64,000 bases of DNA from Cyanidioschyzon merolae (Eukaryota). Each line of letters opens with the position of its first letter. The stretch's first letter is position 1. Where the stretch lies: assembly GCA_000091205.1 (NCBI GenBank), contig AP006494.2. One strand, written 5' to 3'. The position numbers were made by a program, and so were the translations under genes. Below, piece after piece: positions 1-12,080 of this stretch. A model generated the notes under the pieces. That model did no database searches, had not been told where the DNA came from, and saw only the letters and a program-made list of their open reading frames with translations.

Positions 1-790
1 GACCTGTTCTGGAACAATATCTTTCTTGCACATTTGACGTCGTGTACGTAAGCCGCTTCAGACGGAGCGTCTGTGCTCACGATGGACTTGTATCCGCGTC
101 GGGTATCCGCTGAAACCGATACGCTTTGATTTTTTCCCCAGAGAGCCATGAAGAGCTCGAATCGTATTTCATGGAATGCTGAAAATGATATGGGGCAGGA
201 CTCTTTGATCGCTCGGAATGTACGCAGACATTCCAAAGCGGACGTCCTGATGAAATCTGCGGAGACTCAAATACTGCTTTGGAATTTACAGATGCCATGT
301 TTATCTGCGAGTCCAGCGTCTCACGCAGCGATTCGTGCCCTAGTGAAACGCGACATTAGAGGCGGTTTCTCCGTAGGCCGTGTCAGCAAGTATCATGTCA
401 CTAGTACAACTCGAAGCGAGGTCGCAGAGGAAACGCGTTCATTGCAACATGTGAGCGCTTCGCAGACCTGCAGGCGAGTGTGCTCAACACGATATAGTGC
501 CCCGCCTCTCCACCTGGGCCTCTGCGAACGTAACGCGATTTCACAAGTTCCCCGAGAAGGCCAGGGGCAGTCCAGGATCGATATCCCCGACGCATGCGTT
601 CCATACGGGTTGAAGGCGCCATGTCCCAAAGTTCTTGTCCCAAATCGTGGCGCATTCTGCTAAGCTAAGGCGAAAATGCTCACGAAATCCCTGTTGGAAG
701 CTATTCCGCTTCACCACGACTCTGCCGACTGCAATGAACCGGAGAGTCGCATGCCACGAAAACGTATTCGCTCGGGGTTACGTTTGCGCA

Positions 791-1381
791 TTACACCCGC
801 GGGGCCATAAACGCATCCGGCATTCGTTCCACGGTGTACTTGTGCTGCGCGATGTACATAATAGGCACACCGGGAATTTTCCGCAACCGTCGCCGCAAAT
901 CCCGATCGCAGGTGGCGACGATGAATACACGATGGGCCATAACCCGCTCAACTATGCAATCATCTGCATAAGTCCCTTTGTGTGTGCACTTGAGGCGCTG
1001 CACCAGCGAAGCGTCTCTGACAATACGCAGTGCTACGCGGTACTTGCGTCCGAGCTTCTCGAGTTCTGCAACAACACAGTCCGTCACACAAGCTTTCGCG
1101 GGGGCAAACAGGCAATCCATTAGACCCTTTTGAAGATCGATTCGGTTCTGAATAGAAAAATTGATGAAGTTTGTGTCGATAAGCACTCGAAAGGGTGGCC
1201 CGAGCGCCGTGTTGTACTGAAAGAACAGCTCTGGAGGCACTGCGCCCAGGCGCTCCTCATCGCGAGGTCGCTGAACAAGTGGTGCCAGCTTTTCTTTAGA
1301 TTTTTCCTTCTGAATAATCCGCTCATCCTTTGGATTCAAAACTCTCGTAAAGCCGCTCTCGAGACGCCGCTTTCTGCCCAT
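791..1381 (-). CDS. FCF1: rRNA-processing PIN-domain protein FCF1/UTP24 homolog
   Basis: ORF 791..1465 (-). The Fcf1 family is matched by [58 protein letters not shown] and a C-terminal YTVERMP. An internal Met at 1381 gives about 196 aa, the normal Fcf1 length. The upstream 28 codons look like spurious read-in. Confidence 0.85.
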   Translation of the reverse strand: MGRKRRLESGFTRVLNPKDERIIQKEKSKEKLAPLVQRPRDEERLGAVPPELFFQYNTALGPPFRVLIDTNFINFSIQNRIDLQKGLMDCLFAPAKACVTDCVVAELEKLGRKYRVALRIVRDASLVQRLKCTHKGTYADDCIVERVMAHRVFIVATCDRDLRRRLRKIPGVPIMYIAQHKYTVERMPDAFMAPRV

Positions 1382-1630
1382 GGAAGCGAACAGCGGACAC
1401 AGGTCCAAACCAAGGTTCGCTCGCTTGGAGCGCTCACCGGCGCGCTTGCAGCCTGTGGATCGCACATCGCACGCGTGTGTCGAGGCTGTGCATCCTTGTC
1501 GACGTGCGCGAGACCGAGCGGAGCACTTGTATGTCTATCGGTGGCGATTGAGGTGACCGCGAATCGGGTATCTTATGCCCATGTCAGAAGAGAGTCGAAC
1601 GTCTCCACTAGACTATCTCCGCGCAAGCGC

Positions 1631-1733
1631 TAAAGTTTGGGTATCTTCCGATTGACATGAACCGTAGCCCTTGCAGCGCATGCGTGCAAGGGCTACGGTT
1701 CATGTCAATCGGAAGATACCCAAACTTTAGCAC
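1631..1733. repeat. perfect inverted repeat (hairpin/cruciform-capable), 47-nt arms, 9-nt spacer gcgcatgcg
   Basis: Arm 1631-1677 (gctaaagtttgggtatcttccgattgacatgaaccgtagcccttgca) is the exact reverse complement of arm 1687-1733. The spacer 1678-1686 is itself nearly palindromic. The six-frame track shows mirror-image ORFs on both strands (1608..1976 - and 1657..1953 +), as expected for a palindrome. Confidence 0.9.
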
Positions 1734-2112
1734 GTGGATGCCCGATTTCAGGGAAAGCGCTACATCTGTCTCATTCCGATATCGGCGTAGATGGCAACTG
1801 CAATCCCGCATCGAATGGAATCTAGTCATTCGCATCGATGCAGGTGCATCGAGAACGGCATACCGCCTGCGGCATGCGATACATCCGCTGAGGCCGGAAC
1901 GTTGTCCACTGCCCAGGTGGCGCCGATGCCGGCGTGCCGAGCCGTCGCCATGAACGCTCGTCGCGTGCCAACGCAATATTGCGGATTCCAGGTTTGCAGC
2001 TCAGGTGCTGTGAGCCGTGCATCGTTTGCTTGAACAAACAGGTTCGAGGAAACCTGAGCTTGAAAAGAGACTTTTTGTAGAAACTTAGCACCGAGTGATA
2101 CGCAAACTTGAC

Positions 2113-3402
2113 ATGGCTTTCGCAATTTCGATCGGCTTCTCCGGCACCAAGATGCAGCGCAGCTCGGTGGCTAATTCACGGGCGAGCTCGCTGCGAACCC
2201 GGCGCTTGCACGCGTTCGCCGGGTTTCCGCTTGTTGGAGCTCGTGCATCTGAGTTCTCGGGGGCACATCCACTTGGTCGACGGCAAGCGCTGAGGAGCAT
2301 GGGGCAGCGTCATGGAATCCAGGGCCTCCAGTGCCGGAGCGCAGCGATAATCGTGAATCCTCCGTCGGGTGGACACGCCTCCATCGGTCTCTACCTCGCG
2401 CGGCAGCTGTTATCTCTTGATTTAGAAGTGTATCTGCTTGTGGCGGGCCAAGAAGACAAATACCGCTCCAAGCAGCCGAACAGCGCCCTCTTGGGTCTTC
2501 GCGAAGCGGAACCCCACGCAGCGTCTTTCCATATCTCGTTCGGTGACGCCGACGATCCCTCGATACTCATGAATATGGTCCAGACACGCCGCCCATCGGC
2601 GGGACCAATCGCAGCCTTCATAGATAATCGATCGCAGACGTTGGATGAGGCCCTTCTGCTGCATAAATTTGCCATGGGACTCAACGCGGAACGGTATCTC
2701 TACGTGAGCTCCTGCGGCATCTACGAGCCGGGTGACTACGCGCCATTCATCGAGACAGACCAGGTGAGGCAAAGCGCGGGTCAGGCGCAGGTGGAATCAC
2801 GTTTTTTGCGGGACAGTGTGATCCCATTTGCAGCCTTTCGTCCGATGTATATCATTGGCAAACACGCGGCGAAACTTGACTATACAAATTTCTTCCTCGA
2901 CCGAATCACGAGGAAACGACCCATACCTTTACCCGGAAAAGGCAATGCATTTGTCAGTCTGACGCATGCTGAGGATGTTGCCAGCATGCTTGCTTGTGCT
3001 GTACTAGCGCGACCGGACGAGGTGTCTGGCCAAGTATTCAACGCAGTGTCGCCGCGGTATGTGACGCTCAAGGGACTCGCAGAGATGTGTCACCGCGTCG
3101 TTCACGGCGACAAGTCGAAACCGGAGATCATCTATTACGATCCGGTGAAGCTTGGCATTGACCCCAAGGAGGCAACAGGTCTACCGTTCCGGGTTTCGTA
3201 TCCATTTATCGCAGATCCTGGCAAAGCGATGCGTTTGCTCGCTTGGCAGCCGCGTCACGACCGCACGCTGCAAAATGATCTGCAGGAAATGTACGAGGAG
3301 TATCTTGAACTCGGACTGCACGAGCGTCGCGTCGATTTAACCAACGATGATCGAATCGCGCGCAGTGTGGGAGCAGCTGCGAAAGCGGCCGCAGCGAAGT
3401 AA
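2113..3402 (+). CDS. CSP41-like chloroplast stem-loop-binding protein (atypical SDR / NAD-dependent epimerase fold) with an N-terminal presequence of about 70 aa
   Basis: ORF 2095..3402 starts with GTG at 2095; the first ATG is at 2113. A degenerate Rossmann motif IIVNPPSGGHASIGLYLARQLL is present. The C-terminal half is collinear with CSP41a/b: RPMYIIGKHAAKLDYTNFF, RPIPLPGKGNAFVSLTHAEDVASM, YVTLKGLAEMC, PEIIYYDPVKLG, FPFRVSYPFIADPGKAMRLLAWQP, TNDDRI. Confidence 0.8.
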   Translation: MAFAISIGFSGTKMQRSSVANSRASSLRTRRLHAFAGFPLVGARASEFSGAHPLGRRQALRSMGQRHGIQGLQCRSAAIIVNPPSGGHASIGLYLARQLLSLDLEVYLLVAGQEDKYRSKQPNSALLGLREAEPHAASFHISFGDADDPSILMNMVQTRRPSAGPIAAFIDNRSQTLDEALLLHKFAMGLNAERYLYVSSCGIYEPGDYAPFIETDQVRQSAGQAQVESRFLRDSVIPFAAFRPMYIIGKHAAKLDYTNFFLDRITRKRPIPLPGKGNAFVSLTHAEDVASMLACAVLARPDEVSGQVFNAVSPRYVTLKGLAEMCHRVVHGDKSKPEIIYYDPVKLGIDPKEATGLPFRVSYPFIADPGKAMRLLAWQPRHDRTLQNDLQEMYEEYLELGLHERRVDLTNDDRIARSVGAAAKAAAAK

Positions 3403-3796
3403 GGGCGAAGACCCTAATGGGGTTTTAGAAAAGGAATTCTAAGCGAAGCGGCATGATTCCGGGCAGACGAGGATTTCGTGCGAGGCGGCTGCCGTATCCA
3501 AATATCTATGACATGTAATTCACCGGGGTCACCGAGCCGTATGAGATCCGCGAATCCGGCGGCACACGCGAAAGGATGCGTTGCACCGATCTATGCGAGG
3601 CTTGTAGTCGACACAGCAATCTCATGATGGAAACAACGAGCACCGCGCTTACTCATGCATCGTATGCACGCTCCCAAACCGGCAAGATTATCTTTCCAAT
3701 GAAGGACGCCGAAGACTGCGTATTCTACGGAGGCAACGTTGTTCGTGGACTCATTGCATTCTTAGCGACGACCGAGAATGCAGGTGTGATCCACAT

Positions 3797-3822
3797 CGTG
3801 TGTGTGTGTGTGTGTGTGTGTC
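3797..3822. repeat. (GT)n microsatellite, about 13 units
   Basis: Direct read: cgtgtgtgtgtgtgtgtgtgtgtgtgtc. Confidence 0.9.
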
Positions 3823-6800
3823 TCGGCAAGCCCCAAAGCCGCACGCATCAAGGGCTCCAACTGGAACTGCCAACGCTGGCTGGAGTTCGGGACCGTTCGC
3901 GCATCTGCTTTGTTCGCCATGCGTACGATTCGCTCTGTGTTCCATCGGATCCGTCGAGGTGCATGCACATTGCACAAGTTTGTGCGAACCACAAGGCATG
4001 CTGGTGCGAATGACCAGATGGCGCGAAACGCTGAAGATGAGAATTAGACACGCAAGAGGGAGATTATGGTGCTTTTAAATAAAGCGGTCTTCGGGTCTGG
4101 AAAGTACTCGATTCCGTGAGCTCTGGCTGGTACGATGCCGCCACCGAGGCGGTGTGCGCACATTTGGAAACGACGACGCGGGTGTGCTCCTGCCAGCGAC
4201 GCACGAGATCGAAACTAGTTGGTAGATAGTGTTCACAGACGTAAAGATATGCTCAGTAGTTTCGAACAATGGAATACTGTTATTGTTCATGAAATCTTCA
4301 GGAAAATCTTCTAGGCATTTGCATAGGGCGTTGCAGCCTTGCTGGATCGCTGCGCCGCAATCGTGCATAGACGCAACCAAGGATACACGACCTCTTCTCA
4401 TGGCTAGCAGTTTGTACTCATCGGAAATCCTCGGGATTTCAGCGCAGAGCCCAACTTGACTATGGAACGATTTCCTCGAAAGCTCGATCGACGGAAAGCC
4501 GCTGGATTCTCCATGTACAAAAAACATTGCCAGATGTTGATCGAAGCATTCACGCACTTTAACAGTTGTCGGCTACAACCAAACAACGCAGCTTATCGGT
4601 CATTTCCCACATATTCCAACTCACTGAGCTAGTTCGTGAATGCACGATTTTGCGTCCGTGGAATCGAAACTGTTGGCGAGTCAGGTGCGGAGTCATGCAC
4701 GCCTATCGACGATCATTCCCGTCAGCTATTTGGAGGTTCATATTCTCTCTCCGTGGGACCTCAAAAGTATCCCACGCCGCTCGATACATTGCACACAGCG
4801 TCGCAATGCATCATGATGCCGTCACTCCATTTGCCTGTGTGCCGCCTGGCGTCCATCGTACCCGATTCTCAATGATACTGAGCCTTTGAGAAACTGGGTA
4901 ACCTCATGTATTTCCCATTCAGGTCATTGACTCTGTCTTCTTGACTCGCATATGCGGGCACAGAAGTGAGATTCTTCAAACGTGGATCCACGCGCACCAC
5001 ATAGCCCTTCGCCTCACGAAACTTGAACTGTTGAAAATGGAAATCGATGCGCGACTCAGCCCTGGGTGTCAGAAAGTGCATGCATATTGATATCTCGACA
5101 CTCTTCATGGTATCTGTTCACTTCTGTTCATTGCTTCGCTTCAAATGTGGAACATTGAACGAGCTCCGCCAGTGATGCTGGCGAATTCGTACGAATGTTT
5201 CGTGGTTGCTCGCAACGACTGCCCGCAGACCACTGAGTAGGTGGTAACACAGAGTAAACAGGTAGCTACGATTACGGAATATGGCTTGACACACAGGGGT
5301 CACATCCAGTAGGAGCTTTTGGAAGCAGAGGGCGTGCTCAGATCCGAGGAGAAATTCTGCTTTGCATTGGAGAGTTCTGGTCAGGGAAACCACGTAGCGT
5401 AAACTGAAAGCGAGGAACTCATCACGTTCCGTCCATGCATTGGATGTGACGTCCATTGCTCCCAGGCCGAGAGCAACTCCATGAGCTTGGACGCTCTACA
5501 GCCCGTCTCGTTCTCGGTGCGACATCGCTTCTGGACTCGCTACCGACACAAGCGCATCCGCCTCAAGCTCTCCATTTGCCATCATGGACACACCACGAAT
5601 ATTTTAATACAGTCCCCAATTTTCGGGGCAAGCGAGGCTAGAACAGCCTCAAGGTATTTCTCGCGGAGCGCTTGATACTGACTCGCATTTGATGTTTGCG
5701 GTTGGTCTGATACCTTTCGGCACCTGCGATGAAGGTGCTCCGGTCGCCGGCGTGTCAGAGAAGTCGGGGACGCGGATGTACAAGTCCCGAATCCTGCGCT
5801 CAGGCTGTAATGCATCTGCTGGACGGAGTATCACTTGTGCTGTCGAATGAATTTTTATTCGAAAAGTATCGGGAGAATCTGGACATTGCCCGCCCTGTGT
5901 ACACAGCGCTTTCGAACAGTTGCTTTCCTGGATACGTCAGGGCGAAGGAAGCTATGTGATCCGTTATAGAATGAGAATTTACTCGATTCCGAATGGTCGC
6001 CTCCATTGTATACTGTCGAATATGCTCCCCGTTGATGAATTTTTTCAGATGACCATTAAAGTGTATTCAAACTAGTCTCTCGTGGACGAAGATTACTCTC
6101 TTCTGTCCCAGTCCGGGCTATTTGCAGGACGATGCTTCTCTCTATTTTGTGGTGATTCCTTCTCCTTCCCTTTGGTTCGCTTTCTTGTTTACCCTTGGCG
6201 TCGCATTCTTTTTGTCGCTAGGCTCTATATCAGTTTTTTCCAGGGGATGCACAGGCACTGGGTAGACGGTAAGATTAGAGGTCGCCTTTGCTGCGTATGG
6301 AACAGTCATCTATTGCGAAAGTACTTTTCGTCTCCTCCTCCGTGGCGAGCACGCCCACGGATGGAATGCGCTTTTCTGCTCGATCCTGCGCACGAGCAGA
6401 GGAGCAGCGCAACTATCATTGTCTAGTGAAGTTAGAGAACTACTTGTTGAGAACCGATCTGTCAAATAGCTTCGGCGCAAATGATTTGAACCAGCTATCT
6501 ATTGATCAGCCCGCGAAAAAGTCGCTTTTGACGACAACGAAGGCGTCTTGCGCACGACTTGACCATGCACCATAGGTTGGTTCGAAGCGCAGCTTAACAC
6601 CAATCACAGCGGCGAACCCCTTGACCGCTTATCAATGATGGGCAGTAACCTTGTGCTGCAAGAGGATAGAGAAACATGGGAAGGGGAAGTCATCAATCAT
6701 TTCCGCAAAGGATGAATCGTCGAGCGACCTCGTCCGTCTCGCGATTTTTCCGGGCCGCCGCACAGCTGAATCATTTCCTGGTCTGATCTTGTCATCCTTT

Positions 6801-7426
6801 TCGATTACTCCTACCTTCGACTTATGGTTAACCATGCATGAAAGCATACATGCAGGTTTACGATTCACCCAAAAGAAGTCTTATTGAGTGGGACGGAAAC
6901 TCATTCCTCCTACGATGCACGTTCCTGGTTCACAACAAAACTGATGGGATGTTCGTGAACATCGACGGCCTCCAAGAGAATCGTGGGTTCTTTGTCTATC
7001 CGCCGCTCCTCATTACCATTCGTATCAAAGGTGCAGAATTTTCACAACCTGTGATTTTTTGCTAGCGTTTCTAATAGAATATATGCAATGGAATTCATGG
7101 GCAAGAAGAAATTCTTGTTGATATAGATAGATACGTTCTGTTTCCGATGCAAGACGCTCAAGATGTAGTATTCGACAGGCGTGGTTCATCCACCTGCTTC
7201 CGGTAGCAGAACTGACTTGTACACTTTAGACCGTATTGTTCAAGCTCCCAGTGGCAGCTGAAAGCCTCTCCTCCACGGCTGTCCAATACAACGCACACAT
7301 TTCTGATACTGGATACCTGCGAGACAAACAAAACGAAAACAAAAAGGTCTTCCTGATACAGGTATTCCGAAATTCGCTTTCCTTTATACAGTAGACTGGA
7401 AGCGTTTCCCTGAGCATCGCCGAACG

Positions 7427-9244
7427 ATGTGGTCCATCGTGACCGGAAACCGTTTGTTTGGGGTGCTGTCTACAACGGGTACCAGGTTTCCGGCCGGGGC
7501 ATACCTCGCCAAGTCGAGCGCTGCAGCGCCGCAGATCTCTCGCGAAGGTTCACGCGGTACAATTCGTCGCTTTAGTAGTGATACTGACAAAGAAACGGGA
7601 GTCAAACAACCAAGTGACGACGAAACATCGCTAGAGTTTCCGCACGCCCTCAACGTACACTATGACGCGTTGAACGCGCCGCCGTCTCCAACGAAACAGC
7701 CGCTGTCGGTAGCGAACGACCCGCCGGCTTCGGCAGCGAAAGCAGCCGCCGCTGCTCTGGATGCACTGCTGAGCGAGACAGCGGCGGCTCCACTGCCAAA
7801 GACACCGACGCGCGAGTTGACTTTTCTGGAGTCTGTGGACTTGTTTTTCGATGAAGCCGCGAAGCTTACCACGGTATCGCCGGCCCTCTTGGGACATATC
7901 AAGGAATGCAACAACCTGCTTGAGTTCACGTTTCCTATTCTACGCACAAACGGACAGATTGAACTGATCAGAGGGTATCGAGCCCAGCACTCGCATCATC
8001 GTTTGCCTACAAAAGGCGGAATTCGGTATGACGTGCGCGTGTCGGAAGATGAGGTGAAGGCGCTGGCTGCGTTAATGACTTTCAAGTGCGCAACGGTAGA
8101 TGTTCCGTTCGGTGGCGCCAAAGGCGGCGTCGTCATCGATCGAACCAAATACGATGACATGGAACTGGAGCGCATCACGCGTCGCTTCACAGTGGAACTT
8201 ATCAAGCGCAACGCAATTGGGCCCGCGGTCGACGTTCCAGCGCCCGACTATGGAACCGGGCCGAGGGAAATGGGCTGGATGAAGGACACCTACGAGGCAT
8301 TCAATCCGAATGATATTGATCGTATTGCCTGCGTCACCGGGAAGCCAATAAACTTGGGCGGAATCCGCGGCCGCGATAACGCCACGGGCCTCGGTGTTTT
8401 CTTCGGAATCCGTGAGTTCCTCGCCCGCACAGATGTGGTCGAACGATACGGTATCCGGAAAGGACCAGGAATTGAGGGAAAAGATGTCGTGGTCCAGGGT
8501 CTGGGAAACGTCGGGTACTGGAGCTCGCGTTTCATGTGCGAGCTAGGCCGTGCCCGAATCGTGGCGATCGCAGAGCGTGACGGATTCCTCGTCTCCCGAT
8601 CGCCGAATGGCCTCGATCCGACTGACGTGAAGCGACATTTCGCGATGCACGGCCACTTGCGCGGCTACGAGGGTCCTCTGAACGTTGGCCAGGGCCAGGT
8701 GGAGTACGTTCCGGGGGATCCTTGCCAGGCGCTTGAACTCGAATGCGATATTCTCATTCCCGCGGCATTGGAAAGCGTCATCCATGGCGGAAATGCATCG
8801 CGGATCCAGGCGGCCGTCATTGCGGAAGCGGCCAACGGTCCTGTCACCTATGCAGCAGATCGCTATTTCAAAACGAGTCGCAAACTGGGTGTCGACTGCC
8901 CGCTCATCATTCCCGATTTGCTTCTGAACGCCGGAGGCGTAACAGTCTCCTACTTTGAGTGGGTGAAAAATCTTGGTCATCTTCGTTTCGGGAGAATGAC
9001 GCGCCGCGTAGAGGAAAAATCCATGCGAGCGATCGCGAACGTGTTGGAACGGCATGGCATGAAGCTGGAAGAGCGCGACCTCAAGGAGCTCGAGGCTGGT
9101 GCCGACGAGGCTACACTTGTTCGAAGTGGGCTCGAAGACACCATATGTGCTGCTGTCGAAGAGACTTGGAATACGGCAAGAGAAATGAACTGCGATCTGC
9201 GACTCGCAGCGTACTGCAATGCCATACGCAAGATCGCTTTAGAT
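7427..9244 (+). CDS. glutamate dehydrogenase (GLUD-type), main exon; the 3' end is probably spliced to a short terminal exon
   Basis: ATG verified at 7427. GDH motifs present: KGGIRYDVRVSEDEVKALAALMTFKCATVDVPFGGAKGGV, GPAVDVPAPDYGTGPREMGWMKD, GKPINLGGIRGRDNATGLGVFFG, VVQGLGNVGYWSS, ANGPVT and the C-terminal helix AAYCNAIRKIA. The conserved part ends at a consensus donor GAT|GTAAGT (9245-9250). The read-through tail of about 75 aa is not GDH-like. A phase-compatible acceptor tttcaatccag| at 9486 would add exon 9487..9567 (KTYATDEIFLKYFEEVLNKALFWIWR*). This is an unverified inference. The N-terminal ~130 aa are low-complexity and look like a presequence. Confidence 0.8.
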
Positions 9245-10784
9245 GTAAGTTGGTGGAGAACGCGGCTCCTCTGCTGTGCCCCGCAGATGTTTCAAAGCGA
9301 TCGGCAGCTTAGGAGCTGGTGGCAGTCAAGCCAAGTGCACAGAACAAAACTAACCAATGTGGGAACGGATGATTGCAACCCGGAATCAGTATGCTACCTC
9401 TGGAATTTTCCCGTAAATTTCTTAGTAATCGTAAAAACGTGGCTCAAACCGAGAATTTGTTTACGGCGAAATTAGTTTCAATCCAGAAAACGTACGCTAC
9501 GGATGAAATTTTCCTCAAATATTTCGAAGAAGTCTTAAACAAGGCTCTGTTCTGGATATGGAGATAGACGTATTTTCAGCACACGGTGCATACGCAATCT
9601 TCTCGTATGGGGGCAACACACGCTCATGTTCATCGATGTGCTGCGTGCATCCGCGAGTGGCCTGGCTAACCCGCGCGCGAGAGAGAAAGCAACGCTGCGA
9701 ATTCGAATCAGAGCACCATGCGAGCCGCATTCGCCTATTCAAGAGACAGAGCGCGTTCATTGCAAGGTTGCCTATCATGTGTGCTGCTGTGCTACGGCGC
9801 AGGGATATGGGCCTACCCTATGGACCGGCTCTCCGGTGCTCGTAACAGTTGCGACGTGTTCGGTAAAATCCCGGGAGACGAGCATTTTCAGCGCATCGCA
9901 GCCTGGATTCCGTGCGACGCTCGCGACCCGCGGTGCGCTGCAGCGCTGCCCAGCGTGTCCCGGAAGAAAGTTTCTCGCTCTCCATAAGTCGATGCTTAAA
10001 AGCGCTGTCGAAACACCGTGAAGCTTGTGCTGACCAGGCAGAACCAGCTATGCTGCGCATCTGGAGGATTCCCGGATCGATCGACCTTCTTTCCCTTTCC
10101 GAAACTCAATACCAAATGTGTGTGCTCATGACAGTATATTTAGAACAGTCGAGGTTCAACTTTGTTTGTTTGCAACATTCGCGCAGCCTGGTTGATTCTG
10201 GTTCGAATGACCAATCCTTCTCCGTGAAAACAGGTGCACGAAATTGTATCGAACATCTCGGGTAGCGCAGCGATGGTGTAGACGCAGACTGACGCCACGA
10301 TACTTACCAGCCGCTCGTGGCTGCACTATCCCTTGAACCGTCGGCATCCAAAGCGTAGCCGCGGTGCATGCATACTGTCCTCAGGTTCGGGCTGTCCTGA
10401 ACGAAATCTGTACCTTCACAAGAAGCTCGCCCATCGTGACCCTGGGAAGGCGATTCGAACCGGATGCTGCAGGATGCACGACCACCGCCCGCTGCGGCGG
10501 CGTGAACCGATACAGCGATGCTTTCTTTATTCTGTAGAGGCAGATATGCTATCCACGTATCCCCGAGAGTGTGGTTGCCATTGGCATCTGGGCAAGCAGC
10601 CAAATTTCCACATCAGGTCCCGCCTCGACGCAAGCGTGCTTCGGGTTGGAACTCCAGATACCCCGCTCATCCACGCTTTCCGCGTCACGTCGTTCAGCAC
10701 ATGCTGCGCAGCGATGGGCACCGGCGCCAACAGGTGTCGACAGCGGCCTGCGCCTCAAATCGATCATGGAGATGGAGGCGACAA

Positions 10785-12080
10785 ATGGGACAATCCGAAC
10801 CGGAAGTCGAGCGAGATGCGAGTCTGCAGCGGCATGGCGCGCGCGCGCAGATGCGATCAGGAATTCGAAAGACGATGTCTGCGGCTTTTTCTTGGCGCTT
10901 TCCGCAGCGTGATCGAGAATTGACGTCCATGAACTCACAAGTAATGCACGGTACGAAAAGAGTTGGAGCTCCTCACGAAAATGGGTTCGAAGATATTGCA
11001 TTCGGAGAAACTTTCTCTCCTGAAATCAAAGAGAAAGGCGGCACGAGCGCAGTGATCGTCGGGCTTGACGGCAGCGAGCGTGGCGACACTAGGGTGCGTT
11101 CTCACGTACCTGCTATTTTTAAAGCGGAGGAAGCTGACCGTTATACGCTCTTCCCCATCAAGCATCCGAAGATTTTCGAATTTTATAAGAGGCACGTGGC
11201 ATCGTTTTGGACAGCAGAAGAGATTGATCTAGCGGCGGATATGGATCACTGGCGGAACCGTCTCACGGAGGCTGAGCGCTATTTCGTTTCACACGTGCTG
11301 GCGTTCTTTGCAGCTTCAGATGGAATCGTCCTTGAAAACCTCGCGGAGCGTTTCATGCGCGATGTTGAAATTCCTGAAGCTCGCTGCTTTTATGGATTTC
11401 AAATCGCTATGGAAAACATCCACTCGGAGACGTATAGTCTGCTCATCGATGCCTACGTGAAGGACCCAGAGGAGCGAACGCACCTCTTTCGTGCGATGGA
11501 GACGATGCCTTGCGTACGGCGCAAAGCATACTGGGCAATTCGGTGGATCGGCAGCGATGCTAGCTTCCAGGAGCGCCTGGTCGCCTTCGCGGCGGTGGAG
11601 GGTATCTTCTTCAGCGGTTCGTTCTGCGCCATCTTTTGGTTGAAGAAACGTGGACTGATGCCGGGTCTTACTTTTAGTAACGAACTCATCAGTCGCGACG
11701 AGGGTCTGCACTGTGATTTTGCTTGCCACCTCTACAGTATGCTGCCTGCAGAAGAGCGCGTCCCAGCGGAGCGTATCCACTCTATGATTCGAGACGCGGT
11801 CGAATGCGAGAAGGAATTCGTCTGCGACGCACTGCCAGTGAGCCTAATCGGCATGAATCAGCAACTGATGAGCGCATACATTGAGTTTGTCGCAGACCGC
11901 CTGCTGGTAGAGCTCGGATACGATCGTTTGTGGAACACACCCAACCCATTCGACTGGATGGAGCTTATCTCGCTCCAGGGAAAGACCAACTTTTTCGAAA
12001 AGAGAGTCGGTGAGTACCAGAAGGCCAACGTTACCACCAGCGCAACAGACAACGTCTTCGCGCTCGACATAGAATTTTGA
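10785..12080 (+). CDS. ribonucleotide reductase small subunit (R2, di-iron/tyrosyl radical)
   Basis: Near-collinear with eukaryotic RRM2 from [30 protein letters not shown] through [83 protein letters not shown], to the C-terminal NVFALDIEF. The maximal ORF starts with ATG at 10518. The first 90 residues are Arg-rich junk-like sequence. In-frame ATGs at 10785, 10851, 10875 and 10929 are more plausible starts; 10785 is chosen arbitrarily. Confidence 0.85.
   Translation: MGQSEPEVERDASLQRHGARAQMRSGIRKTMSAAFSWRFPQRDRELTSMNSQVMHGTKRVGAPHENGFEDIAFGETFSPEIKEKGGTSAVIVGLDGSERGDTRVRSHVPAIFKAEEADRYTLFPIKHPKIFEFYKRHVASFWTAEEIDLAADMDHWRNRLTEAERYFVSHVLAFFAASDGIVLENLAERFMRDVEIPEARCFYGFQIAMENIHSETYSLLIDAYVKDPEERTHLFRAMETMPCVRRKAYWAIRWIGSDASFQERLVAFAAVEGIFFSGSFCAIFWLKKRGLMPGLTFSNELISRDEGLHCDFACHLYSMLPAEERVPAERIHSMIRDAVECEKEFVCDALPVSLIGMNQQLMSAYIEFVADRLLVELGYDRLWNTPNPFDWMELISLQGKTNFFEKRVGEYQKANVTTSATDNVFALDIEF

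Noticed and set aside
1608-1976. Mirror-image ORFs 1608..1976 (-) and 1657..1953 (+) sharing the peptide MNRSPC...GLRFMSIGRYPNFS.
   Set aside because: They are a by-product of translating the perfect palindrome at 1631-1733 on both strands. They are not genes.
9245-9475. Read-through tail of the GDH ORF (DVSWWRTRLLCCAPQ...).
   Set aside because: Not GDH-like. It begins exactly at a consensus GTAAGT donor, so it is most likely intronic.
10180-10260. tRNA-like T-loop motifs (ctggttcgaatgacc at about 10195; gcgatcgaacctcg at about 21640 on the minus strand).
   Set aside because: I could not build a cloverleaf (acceptor or T stems do not pair). No tRNA is claimed.
10518-10784. N-terminal 90 residues of the maximal RNR R2 ORF (ATG at 10518) as a genuine presequence.
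   Set aside because: Arg/Pro/His-rich sequence without transit-peptide character. R2 is normally cytosolic, so an internal ATG (10785-10929) is the likelier start. Left open.
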